DNA of 37,764 nt from Candidatus Parcubacteria bacterium (GTDB lineage Bacteria; Patescibacteriota; Minisyncoccia; SW-4-49-11): assembly GCA_041177485.1 (NCBI GenBank), contig JBEDBC010000029.1:1-37764 (forward strand), read 5' to 3'. This document shows, in pieces, positions 30,472 to 37,764 of the stretch. The position numbers and the translations under genes were made by a program. Each line of letters starts with the position of its first letter. Within the stretch, counting starts at the first letter, position 1. The notes under the pieces are model-generated. The model was not told the DNA's origin. It searched no databases and saw nothing but the letters and a program-made list of their open reading frames with translations.

Positions 30472-30735
30472 TTATTGCCAACATGGACCCCATCTTTGAT
30501 ACCAATTCTTCTGCCTCATTAAATAGCATTTTGCCTTTGGGTTATCTGGTGATGGAAAAGTTGGAGCACTTAAAGATTTAATTATATTATTGACTATATG
30601 TGAATTTGAATTCGCCATAGTTGGAGTATAGACCATAAATCCTAACACTCCAACCAATAATAACACATATTTAAGCCTTGTCATTTTACTGACTCGGCGG
30701 GGAAGAAAACAATTTGAAAGATCATGATCTTCCAT
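30472..30735 (-). CDS. small secreted protein/peptide precursor (87 aa; start possibly Met18)
   Basis: Signal-peptide-like MTRLKYVLLLVGVLGFMVYTPTMA. The mature part ends in a W/K/R-rich segment bracketed by two Cys (KCYLMRQKNWYQRWGPCWQ). Confidence 0.5.
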   Translation of the reverse strand: MEDHDLSNCFLPRRVSKMTRLKYVLLLVGVLGFMVYTPTMANSNSHIVNNIIKSLSAPTFPSPDNPKAKCYLMRQKNWYQRWGPCWQ

Positions 30736-30761
30736 AAAATTTGACAGCAGAGGTCGACATA

Positions 30762-30790
30762 TTTATAACATATCTAAAAAACTTTGTAAA
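30762..30790 (-). promoter_or_regulatory. sigma70 promoter with extended -10
   Basis: Minus strand reads TTTACA (30790..30785), a 17-nt spacer, then TGtTATAAA (-10 at 30767..30762). Confidence 0.6.
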
Positions 30791-30809
30791 GTCTAATTTG
30801 ACAAATTAG

Positions 30810-31058
30810 ATGATTTTGGGTATTGTGAATGAGTCTTTTTGGGAGATTATTTTGCAAATTCAGGAGCTGGAAATTAGCATCAAAAGGATTCAAGCTAGAA
30901 TTAGATTTTTAAGAAAAAATATATTAAAAAATCATAATCTAAAAGTAAAAATTGAATCTTTGAAACAAAAAATCAATGATCTACTACAGTTAGAAGATGA
31001 CTGGCTAACAGTACATTATAGCGAAGCAAGGTATATCCATGAAAAAGCAAATCACTGA
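30810..31058 (+). CDS. orphan coiled-coil-like small protein (82 aa)
   Basis: Heptad-like charged/hydrophobic pattern (ELEISIKRIQARIRFLRKNILKNHNLKVKIESLKQKINDLLQLE). Followed by a strong terminator. Start and promoter are not well defined. Confidence 0.45.
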   Translation: MILGIVNESFWEIILQIQELEISIKRIQARIRFLRKNILKNHNLKVKIESLKQKINDLLQLEDDWLTVHYSEARYIHEKANH

Positions 31059-31061
31059 TCT

Positions 31062-31100
31062 AACCCCACCCCCGACTTTGGAGGTGGGGTTCTAAGTTTT
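31062..31100 (+). terminator. rho-independent terminator
   Basis: AACCCCACC-N12-GGTGGGGTT, a perfect 9-bp stem, followed by CTAAGTTTT. Confidence 0.6.
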
Positions 31101-31140
31101 ATGTAGAGGAGGTTAAAATTAAGTTTAATCTGTGATAGTA

Positions 31141-31320
31141 GGGGGAAACCTTTCAGTCGCCTGTGTTTTTTACTAAAATTCCCCTCTTGAGGGGTGGATT
31201 CCTGTTATGGTTATATAGCGGGGAGACGGGGTGGAGTGTTTTTATATTATTTATAAATACTGTATTCCACCCCGGCCTACGGGAACCCTCTTGAGGGGAA
31301 TTTAGATCAGTCCACACCCT
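31141..31320. repeat. GC-rich nested-palindrome repeat, copy R4
   Basis: - 5' module GGGGGAAACCTTTCAGTCGCCTGT.
- A arm AAATTCCCCTCTTGAGGGGTGG (31177..31198).
- B arm GACGGGGTGGAGT (31225..31237).
- B' arm ATTCCACCCCG (31264..31274).
- Variant A' arm CCCTCTTGAGGGGAATTT (31286..31303).
- 3' tail CAGTCCACACCC, shared with R3.
- Abuts the murI stop codon. Confidence 0.9.
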
Positions 31321-31321
31321 C

Positions 31322-32011
31322 CTACCTATATTCTCTATGTCTCTCTAGATAATCTACTAGTCTCTTGGATATATATTGGCTGGGGTCTATGACTTGTGGG
31401 GTTTGGAATATATCTTGAATTTGTTTGGATACATAGCCATAATGAGTGCAGGCGAGTATTATATAATCGGGTTTAGTTTGAATTTGTTTGGATAAATTTT
31501 GTAATATTTTGACTGATTGGGTATAAGTATTATCCTCACTATATATATCTTTTTCTATACTATCTGCTAAGTTGGGGCAGGCCAGATAATCTAAGTTATA
31601 ATTAAACTGAGCTAAATACTCCTGATAAAATTGAGTCTGTATGGTAGCATTAGTGGCTAAAAGTAAACCTTTTTGATATTTTAATCCACTAAACTCATCT
31701 AAATATTCTCTCAAAGGCACTGTTACTCCTAATACTTTTTTATGAGGATAGTTTTGTGGTAGCCAGGTTGATTGTATATACCTAATAGTACTCACTGAGG
31801 CGGTATTGCAGGCTAATACAACCAGACTACAATTTTGCTGAAATAATCTCTCCACTCCAGCCAAGACTATATATCTGATTTGCTCATTTGTTTTATCTCC
31901 TAATGGTAGAGACTCTCTGTCCTGATAGCAGATATATGGAATTTCTGAGATTTGCCCAAACATATCGGCGATTCGCTGACCGCCCAATCCTGTATCATAG
32001 AAGCCTATCAT
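31322..32011 (-). CDS. murI: glutamate racemase (Asp/Glu racemase family)
   Basis: 229 aa. YDTGLGG, LVVLACNTASV and IILACTHYGYV correspond to the two catalytic-Cys motifs of MurI. Confidence 0.75.
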   Translation of the reverse strand: MIGFYDTGLGGQRIADMFGQISEIPYICYQDRESLPLGDKTNEQIRYIVLAGVERLFQQNCSLVVLACNTASVSTIRYIQSTWLPQNYPHKKVLGVTVPLREYLDEFSGLKYQKGLLLATNATIQTQFYQEYLAQFNYNLDYLACPNLADSIEKDIYSEDNTYTQSVKILQNLSKQIQTKPDYIILACTHYGYVSKQIQDIFQTPQVIDPSQYISKRLVDYLERHREYR

Positions 32012-32895
32012 AGATTTTGCAAAACCTCTTGCATTATTTTATCAGCTTTAGTGCTATTAGGTTCGGGGTGAAACTCTAACTCCCTATCATCTACTTGAAT
32101 ACGATTATGAGGATTGGATTGGATGCTATTAGATTGAATTTTTTGTCTCTGAATTAATTTAGCTAATTTATCCCAAATATCAATGGAAAAATGGTTAAAA
32201 ATAAACTCCAGCCAAAATTTAATTGGATAAGGTTGCAGGTGACTCAAAATCGGGTATTCACGTGAGCTAGCATACTTTAGATGTTCTTGCCGCCATGGGT
32301 TAGCTAGCCAGAATTGTTGTAATAATTGCTGAGAACTTTCTCCAATAGCTATATAATCTGAATATAACTGGGCAGCATACAGAGTATGGTCTAATCTCTC
32401 CAAATTATTGGCAGTGATATAGTGATTGAGACAAAATCTATTTTCTTCTAGTTTCCCTGACCTTCGTATTCCAAGAATTTGAGTCACTATAGTCAGCCAA
32501 AATCTAGCAAACCACATTCGGTTGGGGTCGGTCACTATAAAAATATCTATATCACTACTTTTTTTGGCGTTCCCAGTACTAAAACTAGATGATCCAGCTA
32601 AAAATATACCCTTAATATAAGGGATACTAATAAGTAGCCGAGCATATTTAAGCACTCGCCTATATCTTCTTAGGCTCTCACGCCCTTTTTCTTGTCTAAG
32701 AGCCAACAGTTTATCAAAACCCTCTACAATACCATATAGGCCTTTTTCTTCTCTAATTTGGGGAATTTTATGTATTTCTACTAATAACTCTTCCGTTGTG
32801 TAAGATGTTCGAATTTGATAGCGATATATTTCCTCCAAAGTTAATAGCCTCTTCTGTGAGTAGGCATAAGCAAATGTTGGTAATAAGGGGTGCAT
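32008..32895 (-). CDS. nucleotidyltransferase-domain protein (Pol-beta-like NTase fold), function unknown
   Basis: 295 aa. GSSSFSTGNAKKSSDIDIFIVTD fits the G-S-x(n)-D-x-D minimal NTase motif. ATGA overlap with murI. Confidence 0.55.
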   Translation of the reverse strand: MHPLLPTFAYAYSQKRLLTLEEIYRYQIRTSYTTEELLVEIHKIPQIREEKGLYGIVEGFDKLLALRQEKGRESLRRYRRVLKYARLLISIPYIKGIFLAGSSSFSTGNAKKSSDIDIFIVTDPNRMWFARFWLTIVTQILGIRRSGKLEENRFCLNHYITANNLERLDHTLYAAQLYSDYIAIGESSQQLLQQFWLANPWRQEHLKYASSREYPILSHLQPYPIKFWLEFIFNHFSIDIWDKLAKLIQRQKIQSNSIQSNPHNRIQVDDRELEFHPEPNSTKADKIMQEVLQNL

Positions 32896-32911
32896 TGATT
32901 TTAAAATTAGT

Positions 32912-35755
32912 TTACAATAGAGGTTTTAGATACCTTCCTGTGTAGCTCTTAGGATTTTTTGCTATTTCCCTTGGAGTACCCTCTGCTACAACAGTTCCTC
33001 CTTTAGCTCCTCCTTCAGGACCAATATCTATAATATAGTCTGAACTTTTAATAATATCTAGATTATGCTCAATGATTAAAATTGTATTACCTTTATCTGC
33101 CAATTGATTCAATACTCTTAATAGCTTGGCTACATCCTCAAAATGAAGTCCCGTAGTTGGCTCATCTAATATATATATAGTCTTCCCTGTAGCTCTCTTG
33201 GATAGCTCTGTAGCTAATTTAATTCGTTGCGCTTCTCCTCCAGACAATTGTGGAGCTGGCTGTCCTAATTTCATATAGCCAAGCCCTACATCATAAAGAG
33301 TTGCTAGTTTATCTTTTAAGCTCGGAATAGATTTGAAAAATTCTAAGGCAGTCTCTACATCCATATCCAAAACGTCTGCAATACTCTTACCTTTATACAA
33401 AATTTGTAAAACTTCTTTGTTATATCTCTTGCCGTGACAATCTTCACAATCTACATAAATGTCTGGCAGGAAATTCATCTCTATTTTGAGTACACCATCC
33501 CCCTTACAAGTCTCACAGCGACCACCTTTGACATTAAAGCTAAATCTACCAGTCTGATAACCTTTTAATTGTGCTTCTGGAGTTTTAGCAAATAAATCCC
33601 TCACTACAGTGAATAAGCCTGTATATGTAGCTGGATTAGATCTTGGGGTGCGACCAATTGGAGATTGATCTATATTGACCATTTTGTCTATATTCTCAAG
33701 ACCTGTAATATCTTTGAATTTACCCGGTAAATCTTTAGCGCCATATCTAGTATGTGCGATATGTTTACACAGAATGTCTTGTATCAAGGTACTTTTACCA
33801 GATCCAGACACTCCAGTAATACAGACCATTTTACCTAGTGGGATAGCTACATCTATATTTTTAAGATTATTCTCAGCAGCACCTTTAATTGTAACAATCT
33901 GGTCATTACCTTTACGGTATTTTGTGGGTGGAATTATAGAGCGCCTACCAGAAAGATATTCAGCCGTAATTCCTTCTTGCTTGATAAAATCTTGTGGATG
34001 ACCCTGCGCAATAATTCTACCTCCGGCAGCTCCAGCTCCCGGTCCGACATCAATTACATAATCCGAAGCCCTAATAGTATCCTCATCATGCTCTACCACA
34101 ATCACAGTGTTCCCTAAATCTCTGAGATGTTGTAAAGTCTGTATAAGACGATTATTATCCCGCTGATGTAGACCAATAGATGGCTCGTCTAAAATATATA
34201 GCACTCCCATCAACCCTGAACCAATCTGAGTTGCTAGCCTAATTCGCTGAGCCTCTCCCCCAGATAGAGTATTGCTCGATCTATCCAAAGTCAGGTAATC
34301 TAGACCAACATTGAGTAGGAATTTGAGTCTGGATTGAATTTCTTTGAAAATTGGGGTGCTAATCGCTATGTCTCTTTCATTAAAATATTCTTTGTTATTC
34401 TGAACCTTTTCTATATGAACAGACAATTCATCAATACTCATATTCACTATCTGGTCAATAGTCTTATGTGCTACCTGTACCGCTAAAAACTGCTTTTTGA
34501 GTCTTTTTCCATTACAAGTAGGACAAATAGTATTGAGCATATATTTCTCAATCTCAGCTCGGATAAATTCCGAATCAGTTTCCTGATACCTTCTCAATAA
34601 ATTAGGAATAACCCCCTCATAAGTCCCCTCGACCGTATGGGAACCTGAACGAATTGGAACTTTTATAGGAGTCTCAGAACCATATAACACAAAATGTAAA
34701 TCCTCCGAACTTAAATTCTGTACTGGGGTTGTCAAGCTAATACCTTTCATCTCCGCTACAGTTTCCAAAACCTTCATATACCAACCGAAAGCTCCTTTTT
34801 GTTTACCTATACCCCAAGGCTTAATCGCCCCTTGATTAATAGTCAATCTTGGGTTAGGTATTACCAAGTCTGGAGAAATCTCTGGGGTGTATCCTAAGCC
34901 ATCACAAGTACCACAAGCGCCATGAGGACTATTAAAAGAAAAGTTTCTGGTCTCTAATTCCCCAAAACTCTCCCCCGAGTCCATGATGTATTTTTCACTC
35001 ATCAATTCATCCTGATAGATATTTTTATTCTTATCCAGAATTTCTGACACAATCAACATACCCTCACCTAATCTAAGAGCAATTTCTACTGAATCTAGCA
35101 CTCTAGCAGCTTCAAATCCTGATTGATCTAATAATCTATCTATAACTAACTCAATAGAATGTTTTTTTTGCTTATCTAAATTTAGCTCTAAAGCCTCTTC
35201 AGTCAAATAAATAATTCCATCTATCCGCACGCGCATAAATCCATCTTGAAAGGCCTTTTGAATAATTCCTTTATGCTCTCCCTTTTTATCCCTAATAATT
35301 GGAGATAAAATCATAATTTGCTTATCTTTGTATCTAGCAATATTTTCTGCCATTTGCTTAGCATCTTGCATGCGTATTAACTCCCCTGTCTCTGGATTAA
35401 ACGGAATTCCTACTCTAGCATACAATAGTCTCAAATAATCATAAATTTCTGTTACCGTACCAACTGTAGATCTTGGATTTCGGGATACACTTTTTTGGTC
35501 AATCGAAATGGCTGGAGACAAACCTTCTATTACATCCACATCTGGCTTATCCATCATACCCAAAAACTGTCTAGCATAGGCAGATAAGCTCTCTACATAC
35601 CTTCTCTGTCCCTCGGCATAAATCGTGTCAAAAGCCAAAGAAGATTTTCCCGATCCTGACAAACCAGTAATTACAACCAATTTATCTCTTGGAATAGTAA
35701 TATCTACATTCTTAAGATTATGCACTCTAGCTCCCTTGATTCTAATTTCATTCAT
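32912..35755 (-). CDS. uvrA: excinuclease ABC subunit A
   Basis: 947 aa. Two ABC ATPase modules ([10 protein letters not shown] and [10 protein letters not shown]; LSGGEAQR twice), Zn-finger CxxC pairs ([16 protein letters not shown]), and the canonical N-terminus [11 protein letters not shown]. Confidence 0.95.
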   Translation of the reverse strand: MNEIRIKGARVHNLKNVDITIPRDKLVVITGLSGSGKSSLAFDTIYAEGQRRYVESLSAYARQFLGMMDKPDVDVIEGLSPAISIDQKSVSRNPRSTVGTVTEIYDYLRLLYARVGIPFNPETGELIRMQDAKQMAENIARYKDKQIMILSPIIRDKKGEHKGIIQKAFQDGFMRVRIDGIIYLTEEALELNLDKQKKHSIELVIDRLLDQSGFEAARVLDSVEIALRLGEGMLIVSEILDKNKNIYQDELMSEKYIMDSGESFGELETRNFSFNSPHGACGTCDGLGYTPEISPDLVIPNPRLTINQGAIKPWGIGKQKGAFGWYMKVLETVAEMKGISLTTPVQNLSSEDLHFVLYGSETPIKVPIRSGSHTVEGTYEGVIPNLLRRYQETDSEFIRAEIEKYMLNTICPTCNGKRLKKQFLAVQVAHKTIDQIVNMSIDELSVHIEKVQNNKEYFNERDIAISTPIFKEIQSRLKFLLNVGLDYLTLDRSSNTLSGGEAQRIRLATQIGSGLMGVLYILDEPSIGLHQRDNNRLIQTLQHLRDLGNTVIVVEHDEDTIRASDYVIDVGPGAGAAGGRIIAQGHPQDFIKQEGITAEYLSGRRSIIPPTKYRKGNDQIVTIKGAAENNLKNIDVAIPLGKMVCITGVSGSGKSTLIQDILCKHIAHTRYGAKDLPGKFKDITGLENIDKMVNIDQSPIGRTPRSNPATYTGLFTVVRDLFAKTPEAQLKGYQTGRFSFNVKGGRCETCKGDGVLKIEMNFLPDIYVDCEDCHGKRYNKEVLQILYKGKSIADVLDMDVETALEFFKSIPSLKDKLATLYDVGLGYMKLGQPAPQLSGGEAQRIKLATELSKRATGKTIYILDEPTTGLHFEDVAKLLRVLNQLADKGNTILIIEHNLDIIKSSDYIIDIGPEGGAKGGTVVAEGTPREIAKNPKSYTGRYLKPLL

Positions 35756-35758
35756 AGT

Positions 35759-37291
35759 TTATTTTTTAGAGTTAATCTTATTAGTACGTACCTTTGGAGT
35801 CACCCAAAAACCTAAATATTTACCAAAAAGCAATCTAGTCTGAGCTTCTATAGCTGGCAAGGCCCCCAATGTAATAGCAACTAATGGTATAAAAATCCAT
35901 TGTAAATACATAGTAGCACTTCGCCAACGAGAATAACTCTTAGGTCTAGGAGGTAAAAGTAAAACATTTATATAAGCAGTAATAATCAACCCCAAAAGAG
36001 TAATATTCATAATAATACTAGCATATCTAGGTAAATTATTAGAGAATACCGTAGACGTAAACTCGCTACCCCCAAACCAAATTGGGAACCAAATAAATAT
36101 AGCCAATATAAACGCAGAGGTTGCCCAAGTATAATGGCCCTCAATCATATTACCAATTCTGCGTATTTTGGGTCCCAGAGGGGCTTTAGAATTAATGGCA
36201 TAAGATCTCATAGTGGTGGCTAAATTTTCTATACCATATGCCCATCGTCGCATCTGCCGATATTGATTAAAAAAAGCTTGCATTGGACTATGCGCCTGAA
36301 CAGCATCCAATGATACTGGAAGGTGAATTGGAATTACACTATAATCACCGTTATAATAATCAACACATTTCCAATAAATTACCGAATCATCAGACACCAT
36401 ATTCACCGGCCAATAATTCACATCTACCAAGGTTTTGAAACTCATCGAATGACTAGAAAAAGTCACCATTCTATCAAACCTAACCGACTCCATCATATGC
36501 CAAAAACTAGAACTAATAGCCACCACCCTAGTAAAAGCTGGAGCATCCCAAATATTATTGTGATACATTGGCAAAGGCTGATAACTATGCCTATATGGAT
36601 TCTCAGCCTTCAAAAATTCATAGGTCAAAGCTGAAAAATATTTAGGATGACTAACAGTATCACTATCAAATACTGAAATAATAGTTTGGTCTATAGATAT
36701 ATTCTTCTGATCCAAATATTCTTTCATTTGCTGAGCAGCATAAGTAGCATTAGCCCCCTTAGCCTTCATTTCACCTTCTATACCATCAGGATGAATAGTT
36801 ACAATAAAATCTTGAAATACTCCACTAAATTTTTGCTTTAAGTAATCCTCCTTCTTCTGTCGAGAATCCCCTTCCCTCTCCTCAGTCGCCACCACTACAA
36901 TTATTTTATCCAAAGGATATTCCATCGTGGTTAAGGATTCAATACTCTGCGCTAAAACCTCTGGGGACTCGTCATAAGTCAAAAACATAACCACCTGTGT
37001 AATAGAATCAAATCCAGTTAAAGACCTTGCTTTCGACAACCAATCTAACTGTATATCCTTCTTCATTTGCCTATAAGCCACAATCAAGTGAGCACTCAGA
37101 TAAACTGCCTTGAATAGCCAATATAGATCAAATATCAAAACAAATAAAGCCACCTGAAAAGGCAAAACAAAAGAAAGCCCAATTAAAACCATAAAAGTAC
37201 CCCAAGCCAAAATAGCTGGCAACATTTCAAAGCATCTCTGCCATAATCTCTGTCGAGGATCAGTAGTTTTAGGGTCAGGATATATATACAT
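35759..37291 (-). CDS. membrane-embedded processive GT2 glycosyltransferase (cellulose/chitin/hyaluronan-synthase-like)
   Basis: 510 aa. TM helices at both ends, a GT-A core with D...DSD motifs (VFDSDT), and a Q-x-x-RW-type motif ([11 protein letters not shown]). Confidence 0.7.
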   Translation of the reverse strand: MYIYPDPKTTDPRQRLWQRCFEMLPAILAWGTFMVLIGLSFVLPFQVALFVLIFDLYWLFKAVYLSAHLIVAYRQMKKDIQLDWLSKARSLTGFDSITQVVMFLTYDESPEVLAQSIESLTTMEYPLDKIIVVVATEEREGDSRQKKEDYLKQKFSGVFQDFIVTIHPDGIEGEMKAKGANATYAAQQMKEYLDQKNISIDQTIISVFDSDTVSHPKYFSALTYEFLKAENPYRHSYQPLPMYHNNIWDAPAFTRVVAISSSFWHMMESVRFDRMVTFSSHSMSFKTLVDVNYWPVNMVSDDSVIYWKCVDYYNGDYSVIPIHLPVSLDAVQAHSPMQAFFNQYRQMRRWAYGIENLATTMRSYAINSKAPLGPKIRRIGNMIEGHYTWATSAFILAIFIWFPIWFGGSEFTSTVFSNNLPRYASIIMNITLLGLIITAYINVLLLPPRPKSYSRWRSATMYLQWIFIPLVAITLGALPAIEAQTRLLFGKYLGFWVTPKVRTNKINSKK

Positions 37292-37293
37292 AA

Positions 37294-37674
37294 TTAACTA
37301 TTTATACTCAATACCAGCCATAAATATGCTATAAACAAACTTAATACAAGCACACTAGATCCAAATATCCAATATATTATTATATACTTAATTTTAGACT
37401 TAGTAAACCTATACTTATACTGCAAATACCAAATTGATAAGCCATTTATTATACTAAATGCAGTAGAATAAATCAAATACTGCCAAACATAATTAGCTGA
37501 ATCAATCACTGTAATCCCCTCATAAACATTAAACCTCAAGTTAATCAAGTCTCCAGCATATTGATTTTGTATTTTCAAAATAAAAAATAAAACAACCAAA
37601 CACATAGAAGCCACAGTAGAAAAATAACCCAAAGTTATCATTAATCTATCACTGTTTTTTAATATTTTAATCAT
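37294..37674 (-). CDS. hypothetical 4-TM membrane protein
   Basis: 126-aa hydrophobic ORF lying 2 nt upstream of the GT2 gene in the same operon. Confidence 0.45.
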   Translation of the reverse strand: MIKILKNSDRLMITLGYFSTVASMCLVVLFFILKIQNQYAGDLINLRFNVYEGITVIDSANYVWQYLIYSTAFSIINGLSIWYLQYKYRFTKSKIKYIIIYWIFGSSVLVLSLFIAYLWLVLSINS

Positions 37675-37764
37675 CTAATTCTAATTTGTAATCTTTGTAC
37701 TTGAAAACGATCCACTGTATTAGCTTTGTTTAGATTTTGTATAATATCAAATTCATATAATTTA

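Noticed and set aside
20751-31320. CRISPR array or integron attC sites as an explanation for the repeated GC-rich units.
   Set aside because: The copies are 4-6 kb apart and 130-180 bp long, not 25-40-bp repeats with short spacers. No cas genes are present. The ends lack the RYYYAAC/GTTRRRY attC core sites, and no intI integrase is present.
1678-36634. Numerous 60-108-aa ORFs antisense to or out of frame within large genes. They are 1678..1884, 4432..4677, 5152..5406, 11186..11368, 12010..12237, 13108..13308, 15345..15533, 15780..15992, 19329..19526, 21442..21642, 21710..21931, 21916..22152, 22630..22821, 23076..23261, 25594..25845, 26331..26588, 28055..28291, 33675..34001, 35625..35843 and 36323..36634.
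   Set aside because: Each is fully nested in a longer ORF with clear family motifs. They have no independent promoter, RBS or terminator signals. Their composition is that of shadow frames.

Overview
This is a 37.8-kb AT-rich bacterial chromosome segment, roughly one-third G+C by eye, built from compact, mostly minus-strand operons.

**Housekeeping content.** It carries trpS, ileS, valS, uvrA, rpmA, murI, rfbC-rfbD and gnd. There is a glycogen module: an alpha-glucan phosphorylase, a GT4/5 glycogen-synthase-like transferase and a divergent partner. Envelope genes include a GT39, an FtsQ-like protein and a processive GT2. There is also a membrane-anchored VirD4/HerA-like ATPase and the 5' end of a type IV pilin gene.

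**Likely host.** Several traits suggest a Patescibacteria/CPR-like host: a short archaeal-type ValRS, a pilin, many orphan small genes, almost no Shine-Dalgarno sequences, and -10 boxes abutting start codons. This is inference only.

**Accessory region, about 19.7-31.3 kb.**
- (a) A visibly GC-rich, cyanobacterial/plastid-type GGPP synthase gene. Its ancestral reading frame carries an in-frame TAA near the N-terminus.
- (b) A cruF-like / lyeJ-like UbiA prenyltransferase / CrtI-CrtD-family desaturase trio. This is the gene set known to tailor lycopene into C50 bacterioruberin. No phytoene synthase is present in the window.
- (c) A family of GC-rich nested-palindrome repeats at four loci that bracket these genes.
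- (d) Two tRNA genes next to valS. One is a 145-nt tRNA-like gene with about 70 nt of extra sequence. The other is a Val(GAC)-like tRNA with non-canonical positions.
- (e) Two islands of tiny monocistronic orphan genes, each with a near-consensus extended -10 promoter and its own intrinsic terminator.

**Missed by the ORF track.** A 56-aa Cys-rich gene with a perfect TTGACA/TATAAT promoter lies in the ileS-rfbC gap. A 51-aa plus-strand gene is a better call than a 68-aa antisense ORF in the track.

No CRISPR array, rRNA, transposase or integrase was seen.
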